This document shows positions 38,401-52,900 of a stretch of DNA of 64,000 nt, piece by piece. The notes beneath the pieces were generated by a model, which was not told where the DNA came from, searched no databases, and saw only the letters and a program-made list of their open reading frames with translations. Each line of letters starts with the position of its first letter. The first letter of the stretch is position 1. The stretch is taken from contig OZ176055.1 of NCBI GenBank assembly GCA_964247055.1, positions 1,054,001 through 1,118,000 on the forward strand, given 5' to 3'. The DNA is from Paragordius varius (taxonomy: Eukaryota > Animalia > Nematomorpha). A program made the translations under genes and the position numbers.

Positions 38401-39925
38401 TATTTATCAAATGGACCTAAAGTTTTCTGAGAAATGGCTCAAAGCTGTTCCCAACCATTTTTTTAGCCGAGGGGCTTGGAAAAATGAGTTATCATCGGCA
38501 CATTATAAATAATTTAATATGCATTTTATTTGAATGGGCCTTCATGCTTTCCCCATGCTTGGCTTAAAGCCATTTTTTATATTATAGAAAATAATCCATC
38601 TCAAACGTTTGGCAACCAAGGTTTTTTAATAATTATTAGTTAAGTCACTAAAACTCTGGCATATAAATTAATTTTTAGTCGAATATAATAATTTGCTTAA
38701 TATACAATTATAATTTCGCAGCAAATTTTTTATACAAACGATTTTCAAAAATAACCAATTTTATCAATAGGGTCTATAATTTATTCTAAGCGGTGTAGGG
38801 ATAAATTAAGGGCCAATCAGAAAAAAACAACCCTACCAGCAGCGCATTTAAAAACGATTAAAAAATTTGCACTTTTAAATACGAATACATTTTCCCAAAT
38901 TGACTACACCACCAATTGTTCGAAGATCCTATTTTTAGGAGTATGGGAATTAAATAAGGCGCTTTTATTTAAAAAACTATTCCAGTTACTCTGAGCACAT
39001 ATAAAAAAGGTCGTTTCTTTAAATTCGAAAGAGGGACATGCTCTCATAAAATTGCTCAATATTTAAAAAACCAATTTTCACATGGGCGAGAAAAAATGTC
39101 TATTACATCCTCATAAAAAAATTTAAAAAATTCATTGTCGCATTTGACTAGGCTAACATGTTTTTCGGAAAATGTATTTATTTACTTTTAACTTTATTAC
39201 ATCTTATCTAGATTGGCACGAAAACATGACTAAATTATAATATATATTAGAGCACACTATGACTTTAAAAAACTTAAAAATCAAAATAGATAGATATTTT
39301 ACAAACTCTTGAGCATGCATTAATTTTTGGCAAAAACCTTCTTTTTTAATCTGTTTTTTTATTTAATTTAAAACTAAATCTGTCAAGCCGCATATGTTAT
39401 AGCGACCTATAATAGTTATCGGATTTAAATTTTATAATTAATATATTTTTTTGTAAAATATAAAAATATAGAATAATGCTTTTTTGAATTGTAAGAGTTC
39501 GAAAATTAACATCAAAAATGGTAATTTAATTATTGATTTAATTTCATCTAATGGATAAAAATAAATTAAAAAATGGTAATTTTGATTCGTCCTAATCTGC
39601 CTGTTATAAGTCGTGCACAAAAAACGCTTTTTTGAATTAATTAATTTTTGTGTCCGTTATTTTACTTATTTATATTCATAATAACATTAATATAATTCAT
39701 TATATGACTAAACAGAATTACATTTATTTGTTGTATATATATAATGATTTATTAAAATATATATAAATTAATTTGAGCTGATGCATTTTGACTAAATCTT
39801 ACATATATATATATATATATATATTATATATAACTAACTTTCACTCGTTAATTATTTCAGGGTGATTTAAGTTTTGTAATAGGTGTGTACTTGTGTCTTA
39901 TGAAGGACGGAAAGGTTTTCTCGAT

Positions 39926-42900
39926 TTATATATCAATATCTATAGATTTGATTAATTGAATTGATTTTTTACCCTTATTACCATTAGCCGAAGAGTTGGG
40001 TATAATCGCAGCGCTCTTGTTATTTTCAACCGTTTTTATGCTATTACAATTGTTACTTACACTATTATGCTCTTCAAAATGTATAGTTTTAGAGACAACT
40101 ATGCCCTGTATATTCTTTTTATCACTCTTTTCAACTGCAGATCCTTCCCCATCACTTAAAACGATTCCGTTCTTTATTATTGGTTTATTGTGACAAGGGT
40201 TAATATTTATTAACGGTTGTTGGTTAATATTATTTTTTTCCGCCGCTGGTGGTCCTGGTAAATTTCGTTTTAAAACATCATTGTGCTTTATAGCTCCAAT
40301 GGCTTTAACCGATTTTCTGGATGAATTACGTTTCCCAGGAATCCGACCTAAATTTTTGCTTGCGTGTGTCGAAAGTTTTCGGATAGTTTTACTGTTTGGA
40401 CAGCACCAAAAAATTTCAGCTAAAACATGACTAAAGTTTTTGTTCATAAGACCATAAATGATTGGGTTTAGGGCACAATTAAGGAATATGAGGTAAACGG
40501 ATAACATTTCCAACCACGGTGGTACACGTAGATGGAAAAATGTTTCAACAAAATTAACCATACTGATGGGAAACCAACATGCACCAAATGTAGCCACTAT
40601 GAGTAAAATAGTTTGAGTTATAACCCTATCTTCACGTCTTCGACGTTTAAATATACCCTTTTTGCTTAATTGTCTACGTACGCTTTTCATAGTTGACTTA
40701 TATCTCTTTACTCCGTGATGCAGTATCTCTCCCGGGTCAGATCTTACTTGATGGAAAAAACTCGAGGTTGCATCATCCTCCCCAGCATCTGGATTCGAGT
40801 TTTTAGCCAACAATCCATCGGGGTCTGTGTCATTTCTGAATCGCCTAAAGGCGTAACCGGCTCTCCTAGGTGACAACGCATATCGCCATATATAATCTTT
40901 AATTTTGAAATTTGTTGCGTCACGTTGGTTATCATTGCCATCAAGTTTTTTACCATTAATATCGATTGTACCGCCATGCCTGTGTAGTAATGATATCAAT
41001 CTGTTAGGTATTACTGCGTATGATGATGATGGTGTTGTGGCTAATTTTGTGTTATTAGTCAAAGACACCAGTGGTTTGTGTGAGATAATGGGTATTTTTA
41101 TTTTCTTATTCCGATTGAAAAGCAAAGAGGCCGTTGTATCACTCAAATCGCCCAGCCGTGAGCCGGAAGAATTCGGTATATCACACAATAGATCTGAGCA
41201 ACTTCGGATCCGCTTAAATGCATGGTTTGCGTTAAACACTTGACTCATACGTTGAATCATTTCACATATTTCATAGCAAGAATCATCCTCGTCTAAACAC
41301 GAAAGTGGGGTAAGTAATAACCCATCCTGACCCTTTCCTTTACCAACAGCTGTTGTGTTCTCATCATTGTTAAATTTAACAGACGTTCCCAACAATGCAG
41401 GAGATGTGGGATTAACTGTATCATTAATAATATTACCATTATTAATACCATTATTAATGGAATGAAGTGTGTTAGGAACAAGATGTAGATGCTCAACACT
41501 ATTTAAATAAGAAAAAGGTTGATTGTCGCATTTGTCGTTAGAGGACTCCTCGTTTGACCTTGGATGTGGTCCTGCATAATTCCTATCATCCTTATCCTTC
41601 TTATCTTTTGATGCATTAATTAGATTGTAAGGCAACAACACAACATTTTTATCATCAATCTTGCTAGTCGTTTTGGTAGATATATTGCTTTCATTCCTTT
41701 CATTATTATTTAATTTTTGTTCGTCACCATAATAATTATTTATGGCAGGCATCTGATTATTATCGACCTGTTTTTTTGCCACATCCCTAATGCTATTTTT
41801 GTCATCCAGGATTAAATTTTCAAATTTAAAGGCTGGTGTTTGTTGTTTATTGGTTGATGTTGTAACAATTTTATTTATGGGTTTAACGGTGGATCTTCGG
41901 CGATTAAGATCTCGAATGTTTTGTTGACACATTTGCATTAGATCGTAATCTCTAACATCACTCTCTGATAGGGCTTTGGTATAAAGCATTCCGTGTCTGT
42001 GCAGATGTGTTAAAGGCACATATTGTGGTTTTAAAGTCAAATTATTTTTTTCTAGGTTAAAATTTTCTAAATCGGGTGATGCTGTACCCGTTTTTGCTGT
42101 TTTTATGTTAGGGCAAGCTTTCTGTTTATGTTTCATCTGATGGCTTTTTATGGCTTTTGCGACACCGTAGTCTCTAACGACAGGACTCCCACTAAAACTT
42201 GATCTATACTGACCCATGCTTATGGAATTAGCTAATAGGTATGGAGAATTATATTTTAGTTTCAAATTATCTCTCTTTGTGTATGGTAGGGTTTGCTTAG
42301 CATTATTCATTGTGTCATTTATACAATGGCCATTATTTATCTGTCGACAAAAACAGTAGTTGTTTGCATCCTTGAAGGTGGTGTTATCAACACCTCCGTG
42401 CAAACACTTTAATTCATCATCACTGAAATGTTTATTGTCATATATGGTAGAGATGCATTCAGTGTTAGGCACATTTGTGACTTCTCCTCGTTTAGGTTTA
42501 GTTAACATTATACGAGGATAAATGATGATTTGATAAAACCTACTAAGCCAAGGTTTCTTCTTCCTTTTTATATTCATTGTATTATTAGGCTTTTGTCTTT
42601 CTTGGTAGGTATTATTGTAATTATAATTATTATCGTATAAACGTGCTCCATTAGGTATTATGGAGGAATAAGGCGACAACTGGCCACAGCAATATGAACA
42701 AGGACACGTACAGCCAAAATGTAGTTTTGCATTACTGTTTCCATCTTCTATAGTCATATCATTACTGTTTTTTGCAGAAAAAGATTTTTCAGGTTGTGTC
42801 GCTACACAATTTACATGTTCATTATTATTACTATTAATTAAATTATAATTACAATTTATTTTCGTTAAGGCGCCATCATTGTCATCATTATTATGGCACT

Positions 42901-45900
42901 GTTGATGTTTGGTTAGGAAAGTTTTACGTAACAAAGTAAATGCATTATTAATGCGCAATCTTTTAGCCGTTTCCACATTCATTTTTTCTTCGTCCTCTCC
43001 CTGATTATACGTGGGATGATGTCTTTGCCTATGAGTACTCAGCTCTTTGTAGTTACTATTTTCTGATAGAGGCATTAAACTGGAGGAATTGGGATTGTCG
43101 TTATTATTCGATTTGGTGGCATCTGTTGTTGAAGAACCAGTCGTATTAGAATTATTAGTCGACGAAGATTGGGTAGAATTTGAATTAGGGTGAAGATTAT
43201 TGTTGTTTGATGTTGATGAGGTGGAAGAATTATGGGATGAACTACTACTATTATTGGTAATATTACTCCCCGTGTTCAAATTACTTATAGGATCTGATGC
43301 GACATAGTTAAAATGAACTGGGACACTTAAATACCCTTTTGAGCTATTGTCCGCCGTGTTTACAGGAGGATGAGGATAGTCAAATGGTTGCTTTTGTAAC
43401 AAAGGGTCAGTTTGATCTGACCTTTTCTCCCTAGTATTGTTTTCCTGTGCAGGGGCGTCAAAACAGCTGTTCTCAAATTCATTCTCGTTCACACGGCTAC
43501 TTTCATTAAGGAGTATCTTGATTTGTGGTAGGTGGGAAGCGTGCTGATAACCTTTCCAATCACTTTGTTTATTAGATGATTTTGATGATAATGTATCTTT
43601 GGTCTGTATTTTGCTTTTATTTTTGCTTGGGTCAAGAAGGAGGAAATACAAAGGAAGACAGCAATCACATGGTAGTAAATGAGTCCTTAATTTATCATAC
43701 GCGTAATTATTTGTCGAGTGTTGAGTTTGTTGCGTTTGAGTCGTAATGTTGGTGGTTGAGGAAGACGTTTGATTTTGAGAGTTTGAGGGCGAAATTTTAC
43801 GCAACAGAGATGTTAACAAATGGCTTGAGGTTTTGCTACTTTTAACCTCATCACTGATTGTGTTACACTTTTGAGCTGGCTGTTCTTCCACCTTGGACAT
43901 ATGAGTATGTTTTGATTTGAGATTTAGCATAGTTCCATTGCTTTTCCGATGTTTTTGTCCTGTGGTTGTTAATTGCGTTCCCGTTGTTGTCGTATTACTT
44001 TGATGAACTTTTATCCTTTTGCCGCTACTTCGAACCGTTAAAAAAATTTGGAGATAACAATAAAATATGATGCTTGAAGGGATATAAATGCCAAAACTAT
44101 GGCAAAATAGGGTGTAGGATATGTTTGTATTCCATATCAAGGTACATATAGCTTTGCCTGGCACATACGTGTATTTGCTCCAACCAAGAGTCGGTGGTAT
44201 GGATAGAAATATGCAAGCTGTCCATATACCTACATATATATATGTACTATTTACAGCAATTAACAAAAATTCTCCCTCAAACAATTCAAATTCCCCTTTG
44301 AATTCAAATTCATCCTAAAAATAAATTATGTGTTTTCGAACTAATATAACTCATTATTAATATAAAATAAATCTTTATGACATAGTTTATTATTTTTGAA
44401 TATTATTTTTATTTAAAACAAAATTATATTTTTTAAAAATATATAAAATTATTGGTAATTTTTAATCGTAAAAAACATATAATTTATTTGAGGGTGAATT
44501 TGAATTGTTTAAGGGTGAATTTGAATTGTAAATGGTATATATTAAAAACATTTTTTAGCATTTCTCAAAGATTTTGGGATATTAAAATTCTATATATAAT
44601 ATTTATAGTTAGAAATAAACTTTAATCCAAATATTATACAAGAATCTAAAGGGGTTATACATTTTGATTTTCCCGCTAAATATTATTACAAACATAAGGT
44701 CTTTCTTATTTTACATTTAACGTTAAAAACTTTAATCTTTAAAAATTTACATCATTTTAATGCAAACACTTTATTAAAAGTATGGTCAAGTAGGCATGTA
44801 TCATATATTAAATTTATTAATATTTGAAATTTTTTTAACTATGGCAATATGATAGCGGCACATCAACAATTCAATCAAAATGCAAAATGAACCAATTTTA
44901 GAAAATTCATATTATATCTAGTGGGAAGGTCATTTTTTAACAAAAACTCAAAAAATCAATAAAATATTTTTTTTAGAATTTCGTTTTCATTAGAGAATCA
45001 CAAAAAGAACCGTTTCATTATTGAATGAATGATATTGTGCAAAAAAAATTACAGGGGTTTCTACTAAATATTTATCACTACTGTTTTCAGCTATCTATTC
45101 GTCTTAATTAAGGGATAATATAATAAAAATATTTAATTGACGTGTGCGGTGAATATATTGTTTGTGGCATTTCTTTGATCTTTGTCGCTGTTTTCAATGT
45201 TTTTTGGAAAAAAATTTTAAAAATATTATTATTATTTATATAAGTCGCAATACTGATTTATCACGTATATATGTTTAATATGATTTGTTCAAATCACATT
45301 AAAATGTAATTGAAAAAAATTGGTTACATTGAACAGCCTAATTATTGGTTAAAAAAGTCTCTTAATTAGCGAATTACAAAAAATCTAGCGTTACATTCCT
45401 AACTTTTTACTTTTAGAGGACGGATATAATTTGGGTGATTGCTTAAAGCTTTAAACCTGGGTCAAGGTAAACATGCAAAAAATTTGCATACCAATAATTT
45501 GCGAAAATATGGGCACAAAGTCATAGGTGAAATTGATATTTCTTAATCAATTTTTCTAAATACAAATCTATTTAATTGGAAATAAAAAAAACTAGAGAAA
45601 ATTATTATAGTGTGTTTTGTTTGAATCTAATTAATTATCTAGGCGTAAGCCCAATATGGTTTCGAAATGCGGCCCGCCAAGCCATTTGTGTTTGGCATCC
45701 CTTCTTTAAACATATAAATAATACTATTATATTTTAATGATTGTTCCCCCCTCCCCCCCAAAAAAAAATAATTATATTATAATTTTATATTAGATAATAC
45801 AACAAAGAGCGTGTCTGAAATATAGATGGCACCAAAATCAGGTGTAAAGTTATCATTTTGAAACAAATATTTGTAAACTAATTAATTTTACTTATTACAA

Positions 45901-48900
45901 AATATATATTTGTATTTGCCACTCTATTCGATTTGACAAAAAGTTTGAGAATTCCTTATATTTTAATATTTAATGAGCCTAAAAGGCGAAATGAAATAAT
46001 TTCGAATTCGCCTAATATATATATTTTTAAAATTATTAATTGGTATTTGAAATAGCTTTGGGGTGGTGGATTACCCCAAAAGCTAATAAGTATTCTTATA
46101 TATTTAGATTTAATCGAAAAATAAGAACAAATTTTCCCCTCTGAGTTTATACTTTTTTTCTTCATGACCAATTGAAATGGCCTGGAAACCAATATTGTGA
46201 CGACTCTTTAATATTTTTAATAAAAATAAATGTGTTAAGCAAGTCAAAATAAATTGTACTATATCAACTTTAGTGTTTAAATTTAGTTTGTGTAGAATGG
46301 ATGTTATAGTAATAAAAGGGGAAAATACTTATTAAAATTCAGATTTGGTAGCAAACTAACTCTGAAAAAGTACAGGAAGAGTTCAAATTGAAAAGTAGTC
46401 TATATATATTAAATCTGAATAAAAACTGTGTTGTAAAACCTTCCTAACTCATTTTTCGACAATTTTTAAACGACATCATCCCTCTATCTATAATGATATA
46501 TTTTAAAATCAATATTTTTAATGTTTTTACAAATAAAAAATCATTTAAAGAAAATAATTAAAAAATTATATATATAGTTTTATCAAACATTCGAATTAAG
46601 ATATGATATTAAATGTAACAAAAAAAACTAATCTACCTACTGACTGCTCTAAAATAAAAAAGAGACAAAGATGGATTATTTTGTCAGTGGAGTTTACAGA
46701 TACTTAGTGATTTATCTATCTCTATCCTACATTTAAATAAACTTTGCAATTTCGGACCACCGTTTTTATTTTTAGTATAATGAGGTTAAGTTATCTAGTA
46801 TACATCATATACCTTAACTAAACCTTATACAAAAGTTACTGGATGGAATTTTTGCATATATATATTGACTTTTTTGTTGCATAAATGTTAGAGGGAAAAA
46901 ACTCTGTATATAGATAGATTTTAATTTATTCTCATTTTAAAAGGAATAGGTCCATACATTAAATTATTTTTAAAAAAACCGTTTTTGGAATGCAAGTGTA
47001 TAAAAATTAGGTTAATTCATATTGCCTTCAATTATTAGATTTCAAAGTGGTTGATGTAATAAAATTTGTTAGAAGGTCCTTGATAAATAAAAAACGTATA
47101 TTTCATAACTCATTTATTATTTTTTGCCAACAAATTTTTAATTATTGATTTTAACATCAGTTGTAGATTTAGGGGATAGGTTATAGGCTGTATAACGAAC
47201 AATTGGCAGTTTTTTCATGAGTTTAAATATTTGGGAGGACAAGAAACACCCCCCAAAAGATAATTACAAAATTAATTTAAATTTTAATTGATTGTAAAAT
47301 AACAAATCAAATTTTCCGAATATATTCTATAGATATTCCTTGTTATTTGTATCGGTAACACTTTATATAAACAACAAACTATTACTTCTATTAACCATTA
47401 TATATATACCATTTACAATTCAAATTCACCCTTGAACAATTCGAATTCTCTCTAAAATTAACTATGTGTTTTCAAATATTAAAAACTAGCTATTTTTTAT
47501 ATTTTTAAAAAATAAAATTTCGTATGATTAATAACATACTGAAAAATAATAAACCATACCATAAAGATATTATTCATTTTAATGATGATGTGTTATATGA
47601 GCTCGAAAACACATAATTTACTTTTAGGGTAAAAAAACTGTAAAGGTTAATTAACAAATGTCAAAAATTGCTGATGCTACCAAATATCAATTTAAAGCGA
47701 TTTGTAATGCATAATTCAAACATTAACAATAGTTTTTTAATTTTCTAAATTAATTTATTAATATATCTATAAAAGAATTTTTTTAAGGTTTATTTGAAAA
47801 AAATCGTTTGGTGAAATGAGAGTTTAGTAAAAATTACATTAAAAAATTACTATTCCCATATAAAGGCATAGAATGCATATTTTAAAATTTGATCCACCAT
47901 TTACCGTCCAATTTACCCTTGAACAATTCAAATTCATTCTTAAAATAAATTATGTGTTTTCGGGCGAATATAACTCATCATTAATATGAAATATATTCTT
48001 ATGGCATAGTTTTTATTTTTTCAGTATTATATTGATTTTAGACAAAAATTCACTTTTTAAAAATATAAAAAAATTCGAATTATTCGAGGGAAAATCTGAA
48101 TTGTTCAAGGGTGAATTTGAATTGTAAATGGTATCTCATAAATATTTTCTCATAACTACTTAATAATTTAGATTTGGTTCAAATATACCTTAACGCGTAG
48201 GAAAGATGTGAAAGAGTTAAAATAATTTTTTAACATGTTTTAAAATTATTTAATTGCAAATATTTTTGGTTTTAACTTGATAAAAACGATTGGCTAATAA
48301 TACTCTTAAAAATCTGATACCACACATCCCCTTAAGTTTTTTAAGTTAATTTTATGAGTATATGTTTGAAAAAAGCATATAATTTACAAAATTTATAAAA
48401 CATGTAATTAAAATCTTTTAAATAATATGAACTTTTGAACAATAAGAATTCTAATTTTAAGCCCCAATGATCAATGTTATTGTTTTGTGTTAAAATAATT
48501 TTTTTACTATTGCCAATGCTTAACTGTAAAAAAAGTTGAGAGACCCTGTAATTAAAAATATAGGATAAAAAAATCTATCCAACACAAGACAGTAAAAAAA
48601 ATAATTTGAAAAAAATGGAGTTGTAGAAAAATTTTGTCATCAGATCCATAAAAATCAATAAAATTCATCGTTTAATAATATATTATTTAATATGATATAT
48701 CTTGCAAAGCATGAAATTTAAAGATAAAAATTTAATTATATGTTTTTAAAATAATTTAATGTATTTTACATTTTGCATCTTTAAATTAGGGTTTTTTCCC
48801 TATAAAGTTGGTAACTTCTTGCTAAATAAAAAATTACTATGTTTAAAAAATGGTAAATCCCATGGAAGGCTTATTAATTTTTTCATCTTAAAAACTATCT

Positions 48901-49911
48901 GTAACTTATGTTATTCATATTATATATGTAAATATAATTTACTATTTTAAGGGGATTTTTTATACCTTTTTTCCTTTTAGAGCATTAGTATACTCACTAA
49001 AAAAACCTTTAAAGAGCCAAAAATATTTATCTTATCTCAAGGGCAGTATAAATTTCATAGCCAGTTAACACACACAAAATAGATACATCGCGAAAATCAA
49101 TAATTGATTAAGTGACCATAAAAAGGTACTTTTAGGGGGTCGCGGTGTGAGTATCTCTATGCCTGTTTTAAAGGAAAAGGGCAAACTACTTAATGACAAA
49201 ATAATTTTGATAAAATGTTGAAAATAATAGTGTTTTACCTAAAATCATGAGATTAGTGTTTCGATTTGTGAAGATAGTTACACATTGAGTTGGATGAATG
49301 ACCATGCAATATCGATTGGCTGAAATCCCAGCTAACGTAACGACAGAAGTTATGCCAAAAAGTGTGGTAGTCAGTCCATTTATTTGACACAGCGTTGGGG
49401 ACAGGACCCAATCCTTGAAGTACAGAGTTATCAGAATGAATGGACAATTGATAAGAGCTGCCAGTAAATTACAAATGGCCAAACTTAGTATAAATTTATT
49501 GGGTATAGTTTTTAGCGATTTACGACTCATGATTATCCAACTGATAAACCCGTTACCCCCAACCGTCGTAATCATAATTGCAAACATAAAAGTTAGGCGA
49601 AGTAACCAGTTAACTGTGTTTGGTGTACTAATCGTGATGGAATCAATTTTTTTCTCCGGTAAGTATACTGATGATGACAAATTTGTCCAATTCAATCTGA
49701 GATTAAAATTGTTCGCAATACGATTAATGCTGTTAGAATAATTGAATGTATGTCCAAAATGCTGGAGATCAGTGTGATTAACCCTAATACGCTGATAATG
49801 TGAAAAATTTTGATAGTGTGTATAGTTTTGATTATTTTGGATGATAAAGTTTGATGGTGTAGCAAAGGTTGGTGTTGTGATAGAATGTGTTTGAAGTGAA
49901 TATGTTATCAT
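39926..49911 (-). CDS. Orphan class A (rhodopsin-like) GPCR, GPR161/GPR135-like TM core, ~1658 aa with ~1130-aa ICL3
   Basis: Exon 1 49911-49239 (TM1-3: GN, NKFILSLAICN, C3.25, ANRY) is spliced in phase 1 to exon 2 44229-39926 (IW, PPTLGWS, TM5, CWFP, NPIIY, helix 8). There is no Asp3.32 (not aminergic) and no Lys7.43 (not an opsin). Subfamily assignment is from recalled similarity only. Confidence 0.92.
44247..44535. mobile_element. MITE family A copy next to the GPCR exon-2 acceptor
   Basis: 21-bp subterminal units; right end GTAAATGG|TATA. Confidence 0.65.
47409..47648. mobile_element. MITE family A copy
   Basis: TATA|CCATTTACAATTCAAATTCACCC left end; the right end is decayed. Confidence 0.6.
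47897..48131. mobile_element. MITE family A copy
   Basis: CCATTTAC...GTAAATGG|TA. Confidence 0.62.
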
Positions 49912-52900
49912 ATCTTTCTGATAACCTTTTTTGCTCTAGGAATAAGCTATCCAGTGTGAAATATTTCTGAACTCAAATCGTACATTCAAAATAGTGGTGT
50001 TCTTTTCCATTTTTCATCTCATTCGTTGTCAAAAGCTGAGTGCAAGAAATTAAGCTTCTAACATTTTTGGTGGTGAAACTTTTAACGTGTTCATAAATCT
50101 TCACCAATAGATAATCTGTTTAATCTGATATTAAATTAATTAAAATAGTCGATATAATAGATGGAACAAAATTTAAGTGAAAAGACAAAAAATGAAAAAT
50201 CAAGTGTAAATAGTAAAAATCCTCTTTCTAACAATGTTTGTGAGTGTGTGGATTATATTATATCAAAGTATTTTATCTTCCTAACGCTTAGCTTATCTAA
50301 AAACCTCAATGTTCTAAATATATGTATAAATTTGTCATATATATAAAGTGATGTTTTAGAAGAAAAAATTTAATCAGTTATTTATTGACTACTATACAAA
50401 TGAAAAAGATCAAACATTATTGCGTATCCACTGAATTTCAGTTATTGTTTTGATTGAGTTAAAAAATGGATTAGGTTATATTTTAAATTTTCTTTTTCAC
50501 TGGTTTTAATGAATTCCTACCCAAATGAGAGATTCATAAATACGTTTGGAAAAAATGTGAAAAATTGCCCCTTATTATGAGAGTTGGAATTTGCAATATT
50601 TGATTTTATAATTAAATTTTAATCAACAATAAGCTAATTATTGAAAAACCAAACTTACCTATAAAATTTTAAATTATGGACTTTCGACATTCATGCATAT
50701 AAATTTACAAAAAAAGATGGACCTAATTATTCAACATATTGCATGAGAATACTATAAATGGTTTAAAACTAGGGTATCCAACACAAATAGCTTCGTTCCG
50801 CATTTTTTCTCAAAAAAATCAGCGGGCCGTATTCGAATTATAGAAACATTAATTTATACATAGGACTGTAAAATGCAAACATAGCAAAACATTGTCATAT
50901 CGTTGACAATTGGATAAACTTATTTTATTAATTTGTTAAAAAAATATCGATTTAACTAAGATTTTGTGATCAAATTTTCGAAAATTATGGATAGTCAATC
51001 AGTGGATGCATATCAAATCCTGGTTTAAAAAAAGCAGAGTGTACATGAAAATTTTGATTTAGATGACAAATAGAATGGCCAATAATAATTATAATGATGA
51101 AATAATTATGGAATGATATTAAAACTTTTATAATGTTTAAACAATCTTAAATATCCAAAACATAAAAGTCACCTTTTCCTTTACCTTTAAAAAATAAAAT
51201 AACGCTTTTTAAACTTTATTTTTATTATATCGCTCGATAAACACTATATTCAAAGCACTCAATAAAAAAGTAACATGTATTTTTCCGTTTTTAGTAGTCA
51301 GAAATGGTTCCGTGGTTTAAAATGAGGAAGAAATAATTGTGTCTAATTTAATTATTTTTTGTTAAATATAATCGATTATTGAAGTTTATGAAAAAGCAAG
51401 GCTAACTTTGTATCATAAATTAAACAAAAAATTATTAAACTATATAGATTTTACAAAAGGTTAAGGTTCAAATTTTTACAAACATTTAATTAAAAATTTA
51501 TCCACTTTTCTAATTTTTAAAAGAAATCTATTTAAGATGGTACAAAATTACAAAATAATTGTAATTAAGCTTGGATATTTTTATAATGAAAACCATATTT
51601 TTTGAAAAAATATCTATTATAATACGAAATTCGTAAATAGGGGATAAATATGTGAAAAATTCAACTATTAGGTTTCTCCTAAATATTTAGTTTTGGAAAC
51701 TAGCCTCTTATGTGATTGATCCGTTGAGTGGCTTAGATAAAGGAAGAATTTAAATGAAATTAATTTTTACATTTAAAATATGAATATTTAGGAATTTGTT
51801 ATAAATTTAATTTAATTAACTTTTAAACTCTATTGTTCCATATCAGATACCGAACAGGTAAACATATGTTTTAAAAGTTTTTAAACAAAACTGAGGCTAA
51901 ATTTACCGCATGTTACATGAAATTCCATAAAATCCTTATATTTAAAATGATTTTTTTCATTTTACACGCTTAAAATTATAATGTCAAAGCTTATTGAATA
52001 CATCAGTATATAAATCATGTAAATAATACCTATTGATTAAATGTGTTTTGGGCTTGATTCCTGGATAAAAAAATTTAACGATAATTTAAATAAACATTAA
52101 ATTTATATTCCTATATTAAACGTACTCCCATCTTTTTTTAATTTCAAGAGGTGAGTTTTTAACCAAAATTTAGAAATTAGAAAAACTACATTTTTGACTC
52201 TAAATTTGGAAAAAACCTATGTTATATAATATAAAATTAAAATTACTTTACAAAAATGGTTGGGGATATATTGTAAATACCCATAAAATATAAAAATTAT
52301 ATACTATTAACATAATATCAAAGTTGGGCCCATAAATTTAGTGTTTGATTGATTAAATATGATACTTTATTATTTGTTATAAGAGAATAGAACTATTATA
52401 TAATATGATGATAATATAACTTAACTAGACAATTGATAATGTGAACAGTGGTCCAAATACATAAAAAATTGTTTTCGTAAAAAATAATTTTATTAACATT
52501 TGCATTTTTTAAGAATACTGAATGGGATCAGTTCCTAAACCAGTGGATATCACCAAAAATTTTAAGGGCCAAATATAATATTTTTATTAATTCAAGGATC
52601 GCCCACATATAATACCGACAATTGCATAGCCATTCGACAAATATGCCTATATTTACACTCTAAATGTATACTAAAATGAAAAATTTAGGGGACGCGATTT
52701 AAGTAACACTAGCTTAAACGACCTTTTTTATGTAAGAGATGAATAAAATGTTATCTTTTTATTAAAATGTATATAATTTTTTGTTTATATTACCTTAAAA
52801 CTCTAATATTACGGAAGGCCTTCCTACGACGCATTTAGATATCTTAAATTTACCTAGTTTTCAAAATAAAACAGATATATATGTAGGTATCTAAAGTAAA

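Noticed and set aside
44230-44284. N-terminal 18 aa (MFEGEFLLIAV...) of the 1452-aa ORF as a real start
   Set aside because: It derives from a MITE and intron sequence; the real frame enters via the AG at 44231-44230 from the TM1-3 exon.
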